The notes beneath the pieces are model-generated. The model had not been told where the DNA came from. It did no database searches and was given only the letters and a program-made list of their open reading frames with translations. The position numbers and the translations under genes were made by a program. From positions 41,726,001 to 41,790,000 of the forward strand of contig OZ024757.1 in NCBI GenBank assembly GCA_964016885.1: a stretch of 64,000 nucleotides of DNA. Reading direction: 5' to 3'. Below, in pieces: positions 52,337-64,000 of the stretch (within the stretch, counting starts at the first letter, position 1; every line of letters begins with the position of its first letter). This DNA is from Eledone cirrhosa (taxonomy: Eukaryota).

Positions 52337-53939
52337 ATAAAGATATATATATATTATATAATACTCATAGAAAATTGTGATAATAAAGAGGTACTTTTAT
52401 ATAAAGGTGTGGGCATAGTATTTTTATATAAATCGCTCCCTCTGCAGCATGATGGAGCACCTGTCGAGCAAGATTTGTTCACCTGTTGTTCCCAGGTCTT
52501 TATTGCCATTTACTAAATTTGTTTAAGACATTTCAAAATATTTTAAAAGCATTTCAAGGTTTACTACCAACCATATGACTGGTGTATATTGGGTCTGTAA
52601 TGTATGAGAAGTACCTGTGATGTTGAGGGTTTTGTTTTAGTATGTCATATCAGTATTTTAACTGAACTGAACTGAGTGTAATTTTGCCTGTCAACCTCCA
52701 CCTATCACCAACCCCAACCATTAACCCTTAAATATTTTATATTATTGATTAAAGAAAAGAAATCTTCTTGCCTTTAGGCTATTTTGGGGGCGGTGGGTGG
52801 TGCAGGGTTTCGTCCTTATCAACCCGATATAAAACAAACAAAATGTCGACCTCAAGTTTCTATTAAACCGACCACACAACAATCTTTAAAGCCATAAGCT
52901 CAATTGTTCTCTTGTTTCAAATTCAAATAACATTTTAACTTTGTATATATTTTATTTTCACTTTTAGAATTATCAACTCATGCATATATTAAATATTGAG
53001 CAGTTTTGTGGGGGGTTTTAGTTGGGGGGGAGGGGTATTTTGTCACAGAAAATTTTGTGAGTAAACTTTGTAAAAATAAATAACAAGATAAAATATAGAA
53101 AAATGTTTTTAAATTTAAAAATAAAAAAAATAGAAAAAGGAAAGAAAAAAACAACAGATTAGAAAATTTTTTGTTTCTGTTGATATCTACTACTACTACT
53201 GCGACTACTACTACGACGACTACTACTACTACTATTACTACTACTACTACTACTACTACCACTACTACTACTACTATTACTACTACTACTATTACTACTA
53301 CCACTGCTATTACTACCACCACTACTACTACTAATAATAATAATAATAATGATGATGATGATATTAATAATAACAACAACAATATATTTGTATTAAAATG
53401 TGCTTCGTTATCAAATGATGGAATAAGATAAGATAAAAACCAGGAAATTAAAATGCCAATACAATTTATTTGAACATTTCTTCTTTTCCTTCTTCTTCTT
53501 CTTATCCTTCTTCTTCTTCTTATCCTTCTTCTTCTTCTTATCCTTCTTCACTTCTTTGTCTTCTCGTTCTTCTTCTCCTTTGCCTTCTTCTTCACTTTCT
53601 CCTTCGTCTTCTCATTCTTATTCTCATTCTTCTTCTCCTTTTCCTGCTTCTTCTTCTTTTCCTTCTTCTTCTACTTAATTAAAAACAAAGAGATGAGAAA
53701 AATAACAGCTAAAAAAATAATATAAAATAAAAACCAAATAAAATAATTAATAAGTAAACAAAACATGTTAGTAAAAACAAAAATAATATAAAGAAATTAA
53801 ACATCTTAACACGTTATCGGAATAAAAGTTAAATAATATATTCCCAGTTAATGTGTGCATAATGGTGCAATTCTCTAACGAGTAAATAGTAAAATAGTTA
53901 TCTAATTAAACAAACTAAAAGTATTGGATATTATTAAAG

Positions 53940-56245
53940 TCACAGCTACAGCTATCTCTACAACAGCTATCTCTACAACCACAGCCACCTCTACAACCAC
54001 AGCTATCTCTACAACCACAGCTATCTCTACAACAGCTATCTCTACAACCACAGCCACCTCTACAACAGCCACCTCTACAACAGCTATCTCTACAACCACA
54101 GCTATCTCTACAACCACAGCCACCTCTACAACCACAGCCACCTCTACAACAGCCACCTCTACAACAGCTATCTCTACAACCACAGCCACCTCTACAACCA
54201 CAGCTATCTCTACAACCACAGCTATCTCTACAACAGCTATCTCTACAACCACAGCCACCTCTACAACAGCCACCTCTACAACAGCTATCTCTACAACCAC
54301 AGCTATCTCTACAACCACAGCCACCTCTACAACCACAGCCACCTCTACAACAGCCACCTCTACAACAGCTATCTCTACAACCACAGCCACCTCTACAACC
54401 ACAGCTATCTCTACAACCACAGCTATCTCTACAACCACAGCCACCTCTACAACAGCTATCTCTACAACCACAGCTATCTCTACAACCACAGCCACCTCTA
54501 CAACCACAGCTATCTCTACAACCACAGCTATCTCTACAACCACAGCCACCTCTACAACAGCTATCTCTACAAGCACAGCTATCTCTACAACCACAGCCAC
54601 CTCTACAACAGCTATCTCTACAACCACAGCTATCTCTACAACCACAGCCACCTCTACAACAGCTATCTCTACAACCACAGCTATCTCTACAACCACAGCC
54701 ACCTCTACAACAGCTATCTCTACAACCACAGCTATCTCTACAACCACAGCCACCTCTACAACAGCTATCTCTACAACCACAGCTATCTCTACAACCACAG
54801 CCACCTCTACAACAGCTATCTCTACAACCACAGCTATCTCTACAACCACAGCCACCTCTACAACAGCTATCTCTACAACCACAGCCACCTCTACAACAGC
54901 TATCTCTACAACCACAGCTATCTCTACAACCACAGCTATCTCTACAACCACAGCCACCTCTACAACCACAGCTATCTCTACAACCACAGCTATCTCTACA
55001 ACCACAGCCACCTCTACAACAGCTATCTCTACAACCACAGCTATCTCTACAACCACAGCCACCTCTACAACCACAGCTATCTCTACAACCACAGCTATCT
55101 CTACAACCACAGCCACCTCTACAACAGCTATCTCTACAACCACAGCTATCTCTACAACCACAGCCACCTCTACAACAGCTATCTCTACAACCACAGCCAC
55201 CTCTACAACAGCTATCTCTACAACCACAGCTATCTCTACAACCACAGCCACCTCTACAACAGCTATCTCTACAACCACAGCTATCTCTACAACCACAGCC
55301 ACCTCTACAACAGCCACCTCTACAACCACAGCCACCTCTACAACAGCTATCTCTACAACCACAGCCACCTCTACAACCACAGCCACCACTACAACAGCTA
55401 TCTCTACAACCACAGCCACCTCTACAACCACAGCCACCTCTACAACAGCTATCTCTACAACCACTATCTCTACAACCACAGTTATCTCTACAACCACAGC
55501 CACCTCTACAACCACAGCCACCACTACAACAGCTATCTCTACAACCACAACCACCTCTACAACCACAGCCACCTCTACAACAGCTATCTCTACAACCACA
55601 GCTATCTCTACAACCACAGTTATCTCTACAACCACAGCCACCTCTACAACAGCTATCTCTACAACCACAGCCACCTCTACAACCACAGCCACCTCTACAA
55701 CCACAGCTATCTCTACAACCACTATCTCTACAACCACAGTTATCTCTACAACCACAGCCACCTCTACAACAGCTATCTCTACAACCACTATCTCTACAAC
55801 AACAGCCACCTCTTCAACAGCTATCTCTACAACCACAGCTATCTCTACAACCACAGCCACCTCTACAACCACAGCCACCTCTACAACAGCTATCTCTACA
55901 ACCACTATCTCTACAACCACAGCCACCTCTACAACCACAGCCACCACTACAACAGCTATCTCTACAACCACAGCCACCTCTACAACCACAGCCACCTCTA
56001 CAACAGCTATCTCTACAACCACAGCTATCTCTACAACCACAGCTATCTCTACAACAACAGCCACCTCTACAACCACAGCTATCTCTACAACCACAGCCAC
56101 CTCTACAACAGCTATCTCTACAACCACAGCTATCTCTACAACCACAGCCACCTCTACAACCACAGCCACCTCTACAACAGCTATCTCTACAACCACTATC
56201 TCTACAACCACAGTTATCTCTACAACCACAGCTACCTCCACAGCC
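53940..56245. repeat. 2.3-kb minisatellite of mixed 15/18-bp units
   Basis: Units (ACC)ACAGCTATCTCTACA and (ACC)ACAGCCACCTCTACA, interspersed. Confidence 0.97.
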
Positions 56246-56293
56246 ATCTCTGAGTATTTTAGGACCAGAAATTCGTACCATACTGCCATTCAA

Positions 56294-56582
56294 TTAACCT
56301 GTTGACTGCCGTGTATATTTTACACAGCTACAGTTGCTGTGCCCAGGTTTGTTTGTTTTTTTTAGTAAAATGACTATTTTGATTGAGATTGACAAATGTC
56401 ACATCAATAAACTAGTAACCCTGTCATCTAGCTTTGAAGTTATGAACTGTTGGAAACAAGTTCACAACTTTGAAGTTATGGACTGTTGGAAACAAGTTCA
56501 CAACTTTGAAGTTATGGACTGTTGGAAACAAGTTCAAACATGTTAGGACGAATTATCTTGTCTGTGGCACTGAAGAGGTTAA
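56294..56582. mobile_element. TTAA-flanked MITE with internal 36-bp x3 repeat
   Basis: TTAA|CCTGTTGACTGCC ... GGCACTGAAGAGG|TTAA (10/13 TIR match). Unit CTTTGAAGTTATGGACTGTTGGAAACAAGTTCACAA at ~56432-56538. Confidence 0.6.
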
Positions 56583-56731
56583 TAGATTAATGGAGACTCA
56601 TGAGTCCAGTTGAAGCCAACCTACTACACCCAAGACATCTCCAAATATTTTAGGGCCAGAGATTTATGTTATATTGCCATACCATCAAATGACCCATGAT
56701 TCCAGTTGAAGTTTGAAGCCAAGCCTCAGCC

Positions 56732-56804
56732 AAAAATAAACCTCATTTGGTCATTCCATGAGAGTATCTTGGTCATTCTATGAACTTTTTAACCAACCTA
56801 TGTA
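56732..56804 (-). mobile_element. Left end of the mariner-like MITE
   Basis: Reverse complement TA-CATAGGTTGGTTAAAAAGTTCATAGAATGACCAAGATACTCTCATGGAATGACCAAATGAGGTTTATTTTT, homologous to 51263-51450. Confidence 0.7.
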
Positions 56805-57306
56805 CATTATACACATACAGACATACACACTCTTACACACACAGACATACACACTCTTACACACAGACATACACACTCTTACACACACAGACATAGATGC
56901 ACTCTTACATACACAGACACAAACACACACACAGTCACACACGCAGTGTCACACACACTCACTCACACACACACACACACACAGTCACACAAATACAGAC
57001 ACACAGTCACACACACACACAAACACATTCTCACACACATATACCTATAACTAACCACAGAGTATATCTATGCTCTTAGGCAAGTTTCTTATCTTATAAG
57101 ACTCTATGCTACATTACATAACATATATATAATATATATTATTTATATTATTTGTAATATCTTCCTTACAACATTAGACATCATAACAGGAAAAACCATT
57201 TCTGGAAATATAATAATTTGCTTCCAGCTGGAATCTCTTGAAAGATTCCATCCCTCAGAGAATAGCCATAGAAATGTAATGAAAATATAATTATTGTAGA
57301 CTCACA

Positions 57307-57455
57307 GGTATGGCTGTGTGGTTAACAAGCTTGGCAATGATATGGCTTGGGGTTTAAACCTGCTATGTGATACATTGGGGTACCCTGGGGTACCTTAGGA
57401 CACCCTGGGGCAAGTATGTTCTACTGTAGCCACAGACTGACCAATGTCTTGTGGG
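57307..57455 (+). mobile_element. Degenerate tRNA-headed CORE-like SINE (family D)
   Basis: TGGCTGTGTGGTTAACAAGCTTG head; CACCCTGGGGCAAGTATGTTCTACTGTAGCC core. Confidence 0.6.
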
Positions 57456-57536
57456 TCAGAGCCACTGTGAAAATACAATAGTAGCTATAGAGTAATGGGA
57501 ATGCTAAATGGTTAAAATAGGTAGTTTTATTTCATA

Positions 57537-57680
57537 GAAAGGCACATGGCTTACTGGTTAGAGCATTGGCCTTACAATCAAAAGGTTGTGAGTTCAATTC
57601 TCACACCGCGTGATGTGTTGTTTCCTTGAGCAAGACACTTTATTTCACATTGCTCCAGTTTACTCAGCTGTAGAAATGAG
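57537..57680 (+). mobile_element. SINE family C, head and core
   Basis: TGGCTTACTGGTTAGAGC..GAGTTCAATTC..TCCTTGAGCAAGACACTTTATTTCACATTGCTCCAG. Confidence 0.85.
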
Positions 57681-57719
57681 ATGATAGGGACTGGGGTCCC
57701 TATCATTCCACTGAAAAGT

Positions 57720-57870
57720 GGACGTGTAGGCACCACGGAAAAAAACACCCAGCACTCACTGTAAATGTGGTTGGTGTTAGGAAAGGCATCCAGCTGTAGA
57801 AATCAAGCCAGAATCAGTTCCCGTCCTACCCTTGCAAGCAGGGAAAAGCGGACGTAAAATGATGATGAAT
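57720..57870 (+). mobile_element. RTE-A 3' end copy
   Basis: ggttggtgttaggaaaggcatccagctgtagaaa..gcaagcagggaaaagcggacgtaaaatgatgatga. Confidence 0.8.
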
Positions 57871-58177
57871 CAGTTCTGGTTTTAGTTGGGTTAGGTCAGG
57901 TTGGTAACTAATGGGTTAAAACAATCAGTTTTGTCTGATAGAACCAAGAACAATTTCAGGTGGTTTTGTATGGAAACGGTTAATGAAGAAATATCACTAG
58001 TTTCAATAGAGAAGTAGGTTGAAGCCACGACAGTCATTGAAAGGTGGATGTTGTATTGTTGAAGGTAAACAAAAACTAGTTTGTCATGATTTGTTAAACA
58101 ATTAGACATTAGAATACCTGACTGAGTTGTATGGCTATATCTACCTTGGCTAGAAAACAATAAATATACCAGAATAC

Positions 58178-58259
<82 letters not shown>

Positions 58260-58299
58260 CATACATGTTTATACATACATATATGGCTGCCTGTGTGTA

Positions 58300-58355
<56 letters not shown>

Positions 58356-58733
58356 ATCTTTAGTTTATAATAATGTCTGACATAAGGAACTATTGTTCTT
58401 TGTCTAGATTTTGTTGTCAGTTCCTGTTTAATTGAATTTCAGTATTTCTATAGTTTGGGAAAATATTGATTTTGAAAAGGGTTTATTGATATTTCTTTGT
58501 GGGTTTTCTACATGTACATGTCATTCTGAATTTGCTCTTTAAATAGTATACTTGGCTGTGTAATCATTGTGTCCACTGGGGCCACAAGGTACCCAGTGCG
58601 TGGGCCCACATTTGCTTGTGATAGTGAGAGATGGGGAGAGCAGGAGAGATAGTGCCTGTGACAGTGGGAGTTTGGTTCCTTTGTTTTTCAGACCTGGTGT
58701 GTATATATGTATTTACCGTATCACACACTAACC

Positions 58734-59034
58734 CATAAGTTCTCAAAGTGGCTGCTACCCCACGTCCAGGAGGTGTTCAGAAGGTCTATGGGGTGCTGGG
58801 GCATAAGGCGGGATGGACAGTAGAGATGATATAATAGTATATTAAATATCAAATGATACATATTATATATAAATATAGTAAAATAAAAAATATATATTTA
58901 TTTATACATAGTATATATTATATTATTTATTATATATACATTAACAATTTTATTTATTATATATTATTTACAATTTGTGTGTAGGGAGGTCTTTCTGGAA
59001 ATGGGGGGGGGGGGAAATAGTTTAAGAACTTCTG
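58734..59034. mobile_element. hAT-like MITE with 8-bp TSD
   Basis: Ends CATAAGTTCTCAAAGT and AGTTTAAGAACTTCTG; flanks CACTAACC (58726) and CACTAACT (59035). Confidence 0.7.
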
Positions 59035-59867
59035 CACTAACTCATCTGATATTTATGACTTAGTTTTATGACTCAAATGATGTGAGGATGATTATGAAGA
59101 TGATGATGATGATGATATGAGGGTGATGATGGTCTGAGAGGGTGGTGGTGATGATGAAGATAATGATGATGATATGAGGGTGATGGTGATGAAGATAATG
59201 ATGATGAAGGTTATAATATGATGATGGTATGATGGTGATGATGATGATGGTGATGGTGATGATGGTATGATGATGATGATGGTATGATGGTGATGGTTAT
59301 GATGATGATGGCACTTTCATTGTTGGAACTGACTGATGTTCAACACGTGAAACCTATAAACTGAGTTTTTCATTAGAAATTTGATCCTGAATGGGTTAAA
59401 GAGGATAATGTCTGTCTGCACATTTCAGGGTGGTGTGGGGGTGGGGAGGAGCTCTCTAAAACAAAAAGGAAGGAAAAATCAACCATATTACTGCTATCTG
59501 TTTTAAAGTAAATTTAATAATTTAATCATTGGATTAATCAAAGAGGAAAAATATTGTTTATTGATTTTTTGGTATTTTGAATTTCTATTTCGATTCTGCT
59601 TCAGTTGTTTTTCCTTTGTGTCTTGGAGAGATAAGACACTTTCTCCTGGTGCTCTCCCTTTGGTCTCATACTCCTCAACCTCCTTCTTTTCCTTGTCTTC
59701 TTCCTACTCCTCCTCGCCCTCTTTTCCTCCTCTTCTTTTCTGCTTTCATCATCATCATCATCACCATCACGTTCCATTTCATCATCATCATCATCACTAT
59801 AACCACTGTTACGATCAACATATTTACTGCCATCATCATCATCATCATCATCATCATTCTTGTTGTT

Positions 59868-60290
59868 TTGTATCATAAAATGAGGGGTGTCTGGAACATA
59901 ACTTAACAAAGGTTCTTTGATGAAATTATAATAGGTTTTTAGATAAATATTTGTTTCTACTTTAGGCACAAGGCCAGCAAATTACCCAGTTCATTATTGG
60001 TACTTTATTTTATCGACCCCATAAGGATGAAAGGCAAAGTCAACCTCGGCGGGATTTGAACTCAGATCGTAAAGGGACGTAACTATGCTGGAAAGCATGG
60101 CATCCGACCCTCTACCGATACTGCCAATCCAACATTTTAAAACAAACAGTGTTGTATCATAGAATCAGGGGTGTCTGGAACATAACTTAACAAAGGTTCT
60201 TACATAAAATTATAACGGAAGCTTAGATAAATATAAACACTTTAAAACAAACAGCTTTGTATGATAGAAACAGGGGTGTTTGGAACACCC
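59868..60290. repeat. ~105-bp tandem repeat (2.3 units) interrupted by a SINE
   Basis: TGTATCATA.AAT.AGGGGTGTCTGGAACATAACTTAACAAAGGTTCTT at ~59869, ~60153 and (partial) ~60258. Confidence 0.8.
59950..60131 (-). mobile_element. SINE family A
   Basis: Near-identical to 1122-1292. Confidence 0.92.
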
Positions 60291-60978
60291 ACTACAGAGG
60301 GCCCAGGGCAATTGCCCCCTTTCCCACCCCACCCCTTATCCGATCACAGTACAAGATCAAATGTGTTATATGATATTTCTTTTATCTCTAAGATAACAAT
60401 GGCAAATAAAGAAAACCTTGGCTGGATTTGAAATAATAATATAAATAACAATAATAATAATATAAGTGTAAACAATGCATAAATAGTTTTACATCGTTTG
60501 GCCATAAATTGGAAAATAGTTTCAGATATTTGATGGAAATAAAGATGAGATTAAACAGACTGAAAAATATTGGAAAATATCCTAATTTTGTAACTTTAAA
60601 AGTATCTTATCTAAGCAATCTTAAACTAAAATTAAACATAAAACATTTGAAATGAAAGAGCCATCATTTTTTCGACAACAAAACTCCTGCTGGTTTTATT
60701 ATAATGGAGCTAGTGGAGACATAAGTTAGATCTCATATAAAAATACATAACTGCTAAAAGATTGTTAAATATGGAAGTCACATCAGTTATAAAACAGTCT
60801 TATCTTTTTTTACGTAGACATTACGCTATGAATATTTCACCAATTAATGTAATGTTATCATTGTTGTTGTTTGTTGTAGTTTGACCAACTTGGTTTCTGA
60901 ATCAGAATATTATTGTTGTGTTAAAAAGGGCAGTGGATTGGCTAAATGATTACTATGGTAGATATACAGTGGCTGGTC

Positions 60979-61289
60979 GGCTGACGGGTTCATAGGCTGA
61001 CATGTTCATAGGCTGACGAGTTCATAGGCTGACATGTTCAGAGGCTGATGTGTTCATAGGCTGACGAGTTCATAGGCTGACGAGTTCATAGGCTGACGTG
61101 TTCATAGGCTGACGTGTTCATAGGCTGACGTGCTCATAGGCTGACGTGCTCATAGGCTGACGTGTTCATAGGCTGACGTGCTCATAGGCTGACGTGCTCA
61201 TAGGCTGACGAGTTCATAGGCTGACGTGCTCATAGGCTGACGAGTTCATAGGCTGACGAGTTCATAGGCTGACGAGTTCATAGGCTGAC
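60979..61289. repeat. 16-bp minisatellite, ~19 copies
   Basis: Unit GGCTGACG(A/T)G(T/C)TCATA. Confidence 0.95.
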
Positions 61290-61290
61290 A

Positions 61291-61322
<32 letters not shown>

Positions 61323-61394
61323 TAGACAGTATAGTATATATATATATATAAATATACTATACTATACCATACTGTTAAGTGGTCATGTAGAAGT

Positions 61395-61580
61395 CCCGAC
61401 AAAAGGCACCCAGTACTCTCTGTAAATGTCATTGGCATTAGGAAGGGCATCTAGCTGTAGAAATCAAGCCAGAATCAGTTCTGTGTGAGCGAAATATGGT
61501 CCTCCAACCTGATCTCTCACAAAGGGACAGCCTGTCCTACCCATACTAGCATGGAAGATGGACATTAAACGATGAGGATA
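61395..61580 (+). mobile_element. RTE-A 3' end copy
   Basis: aggcacccagtactctctgtaaa..ttaggaagggcatctagctgtagaaa..cctacccatactagcatggaagatggacattaaacgatga. Confidence 0.82.
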
Positions 61581-61675
61581 TATAGTAATAATAATAAATG
61601 TGGAGACTAAAATCCAAATAGGGTTCGATAAGAACCGTAGAGCAAATATTTAATCTTTAATCTGTTATTTTAATA

Positions 61676-61727
<52 letters not shown>

Positions 61728-62430
61728 CATATATATATATTATAGAGTAAAATGTCAGTAGGCCAAACAGGTGAAATTCCTTCAAATTTTTATTTCTGCA
61801 AACACTCTATAATGTGGTGAACCACAAAACTTAAATATATATATATATAGAGAGAGAGGGGGGGGGGGGGGGGAGACTGATGTGTGTCAAGGAATAAAAG
61901 CCGTGAAATGATCGGCAAGTATTGAACACTTGCGAAATTAGAGATGAGACTTGAAGAAAAATAATTATCTTTTAATCCTGCGTGCAATTAATTAATCTCA
62001 TGAACCAACATTCTCGTTAGCAAATACTTCCTGATAAGTTTTAATTACAAGAGCGAAAGATTTACAAGACAAAAAAAATATATAAAATAAAATAAAAATA
62101 AAAATAAAATAAAATAAAATAAAATAAATTAAACTAGAAATAAATTAAAATAAAATAAAATAAATTATAATAAAATAAAAATAAATTAAAATAAAAGGAA
62201 GCCATGAACAGTAAAATAAATATAAATAAATATTGAATCAATAAAATCTCGGTGTAAGATTTATTTCTATGATTTCTATTTACTATGGATTGTGTTGTGA
62301 TTTTTATATAATATCTCACTCTGATATCTTCTACTCCTGTGTAATATATATCTACATAAACATGGAAAGGGCCTCCATCGTCTTGAGTGGTGATTGCTCT
62401 AGTTGTTGGATCAACAGAACAGCCATCTTA

Positions 62431-62910
62431 GAAGTGGCATATGGTTTAGTGGTTAGAGAGTTGGGTTTGTAATCTGGAGGTTGTGAATGTGTTTGATTCT
62501 TGGATCAGGGTTGATGTGATGTGTTGTGTCCTTGAGCAAGAGACTTTATTTTTCATGTTGCTCCAGTTTACTCAGCTGTAGATATGAGTTGTAACGTCAC
62601 TGATGCCAAGATGTATCAGCCGTTGCCTTTCCCTTGAACAAAGTCATATATAGTGTGTATATACTGTATATATATATATAATATATATAATGTGTATACT
62701 ATAAATAATATATATGTAATGTATATATATGTTGGTGGTGCTAAGCTGTATTAGCGATTGCCTTTCCCTTGAACAACATCAGTGGCATGAAGAGGGGAAA
62801 CTGGTATGTATGGGCGACTTCTGGTCTTCCACAAACAACCTTGCCCAGACTTGTACCTCGGAAAAGAACTTTCTAGATGCAAAACCTTTGTCATTAGTGA
62901 CTGATAGGGG
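62431..62910 (+). mobile_element. SINE family C, full length with internal TA-rich insert
   Basis: Collinear with the reverse complement of 11912-12450. Confidence 0.85.
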
Positions 62911-63045
62911 CTTTATATATATATATATATATATATATAACAGAAATGATAAACATTGATTGCCAGATAAATGAACTATGGAGATATAAAAGGTACAGAA
63001 GTAAAAACCAATCCAAACAAAACAGTGAGTGTGTTTTATTATTAT

Positions 63046-63083
63046 TTCTGGCAATATTATAACAATATGACCCTCCCCAAATA

Positions 63084-63119
<36 letters not shown>

Positions 63120-63254
63120 TTATTCATTATAAGAACAGATAAAAGTTTAAGCAAAGAATCTGTTCTTATAATAAATATTTGCTCTACAGGTTTAAATATT
63201 TATTATAAGAACAGATTCTTTGCTTAAACTTTTATCTGTTCTTATAATGAATAA

Positions 63255-63294
<40 letters not shown>

Positions 63295-63332
63295 TATTTG
63301 GGGAGGGTCATATTGTTATAATATTGCCAGAA
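63046..63332. repeat. 287-bp palindrome with nested hairpins
   Basis: Arms 63046-63180 and 63194-63332 are identical except for (TA)n length; 13-nt loop. Confidence 0.93.
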
Positions 63333-63349
63333 CACACCTACCCATCCTC

Positions 63350-64000
63350 TCCCCTGTCCACCACACCTCCGCACACACTGACACACTGACTTTCTCCACC
63401 TGCCATTCTCCTCTACTGCTGCTATGCCTTGACCCTCTGACCACTTCTCCGCACACACAGACACACAGCCCTCTCCACCTGTCATTCTCCTCTACCCTCC
63501 TCCTGCCTTGACCCTCAAACCACTTCCTGTTGCGCGTGCACCCCACATCTCCCCTCTTCTGACCAACACAACCACGGATTACACACCATTGGCCATCGTT
63601 CCCACTATCAACTCCATCACATGGAAAATATCCGGCATCTCACCACACCCTCTATGGAACTACCTTAGGAACTTACCCACGGACATACACTGACAAAAAT
63701 ATTTTTTCGAACTACGCCACCTACATCCACAATATGTATAAACACCACACACATGTGCGTACCCCCACATATATACACACTCAGCCTCCGGAATCCCCCT
63801 CCCCTCTGACCCCTCCCCATCCACACGCGCACACACCGACCTACACCCCACCCCCCACACACACCTTTTCCTGAACATGGAACCTCGTTCTTCCCCCAAC
63901 TCTCACATACATACACACACACACACACGTACACCTACACACATACACCACCTTCAGCCATCCCCGCTCGGACACCCCGCCTCCCTCTCCCCACTTCTCC
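63350..64000. other. C-rich, strand-asymmetric block with ~79-bp internal duplication; probable unidentified repeat
   Basis: CTCCACCTG.CATTCTCCTCTAC..GCCTTGACCCTC..ACCACTTC at ~63395 and ~63473; no recognisable protein. Confidence 0.35.

Noticed and set aside
52440-52500. LQHDGAP resembling a Tc1/mariner catalytic motif
   Set aside because: Only six or seven residues, with no flanking transposase similarity or TIRs.
53902-56293. 795-aa Val/Glu protein and Cys-rich metallothionein-like ORF on the minus strand
   Set aside because: These are alternative readings of the same minisatellite, with no non-repetitive domain.
60979-61289. Tandem CTGACGAG as a hammerhead array, or a CRISPR array
   Set aside because: No GAAA or stem III, and no spacers; better explained as a TIR-derived minisatellite.

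Overview
This is AT-rich, microsatellite-saturated eukaryotic DNA, intronic or intergenic. The repeat families resemble those I associate with octopus/cephalopod genomes (inference, not database-verified). No host protein-coding gene can be supported, and nearly all ORF-track entries are translations of simple repeats. The window contains: a young 5'-truncated RTE-clade LINE with many short copies of its (GAT)n-tailed 3' end; a second RTE family with a Rex3/Expander-like C-terminus and (GAA)n tail; a third, internally inverted RTE fragment; about 20 tRNA-headed Meta-like SINE copies; CORE-like SINEs; TTAA-flanked (piggyBac-like), hAT-like, mariner and Tigger-like MITEs or ends; and several minisatellites, including a 2.3-kb 15/18-bp array. 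The most interesting signal is a set of short, non-coding, (TA)n-associated elements carrying minimal hammerhead-ribozyme-like cores (CTGANGA...GAAA...GTA), typical of Penelope-like element termini. Several occur as near-perfect fold-back duplications that turn at or near the ribozyme. A second theme is minisatellites apparently born inside DNA-transposon MITEs or TIRs. All coordinates were read by eye, and edges of degenerate repeats are approximate.
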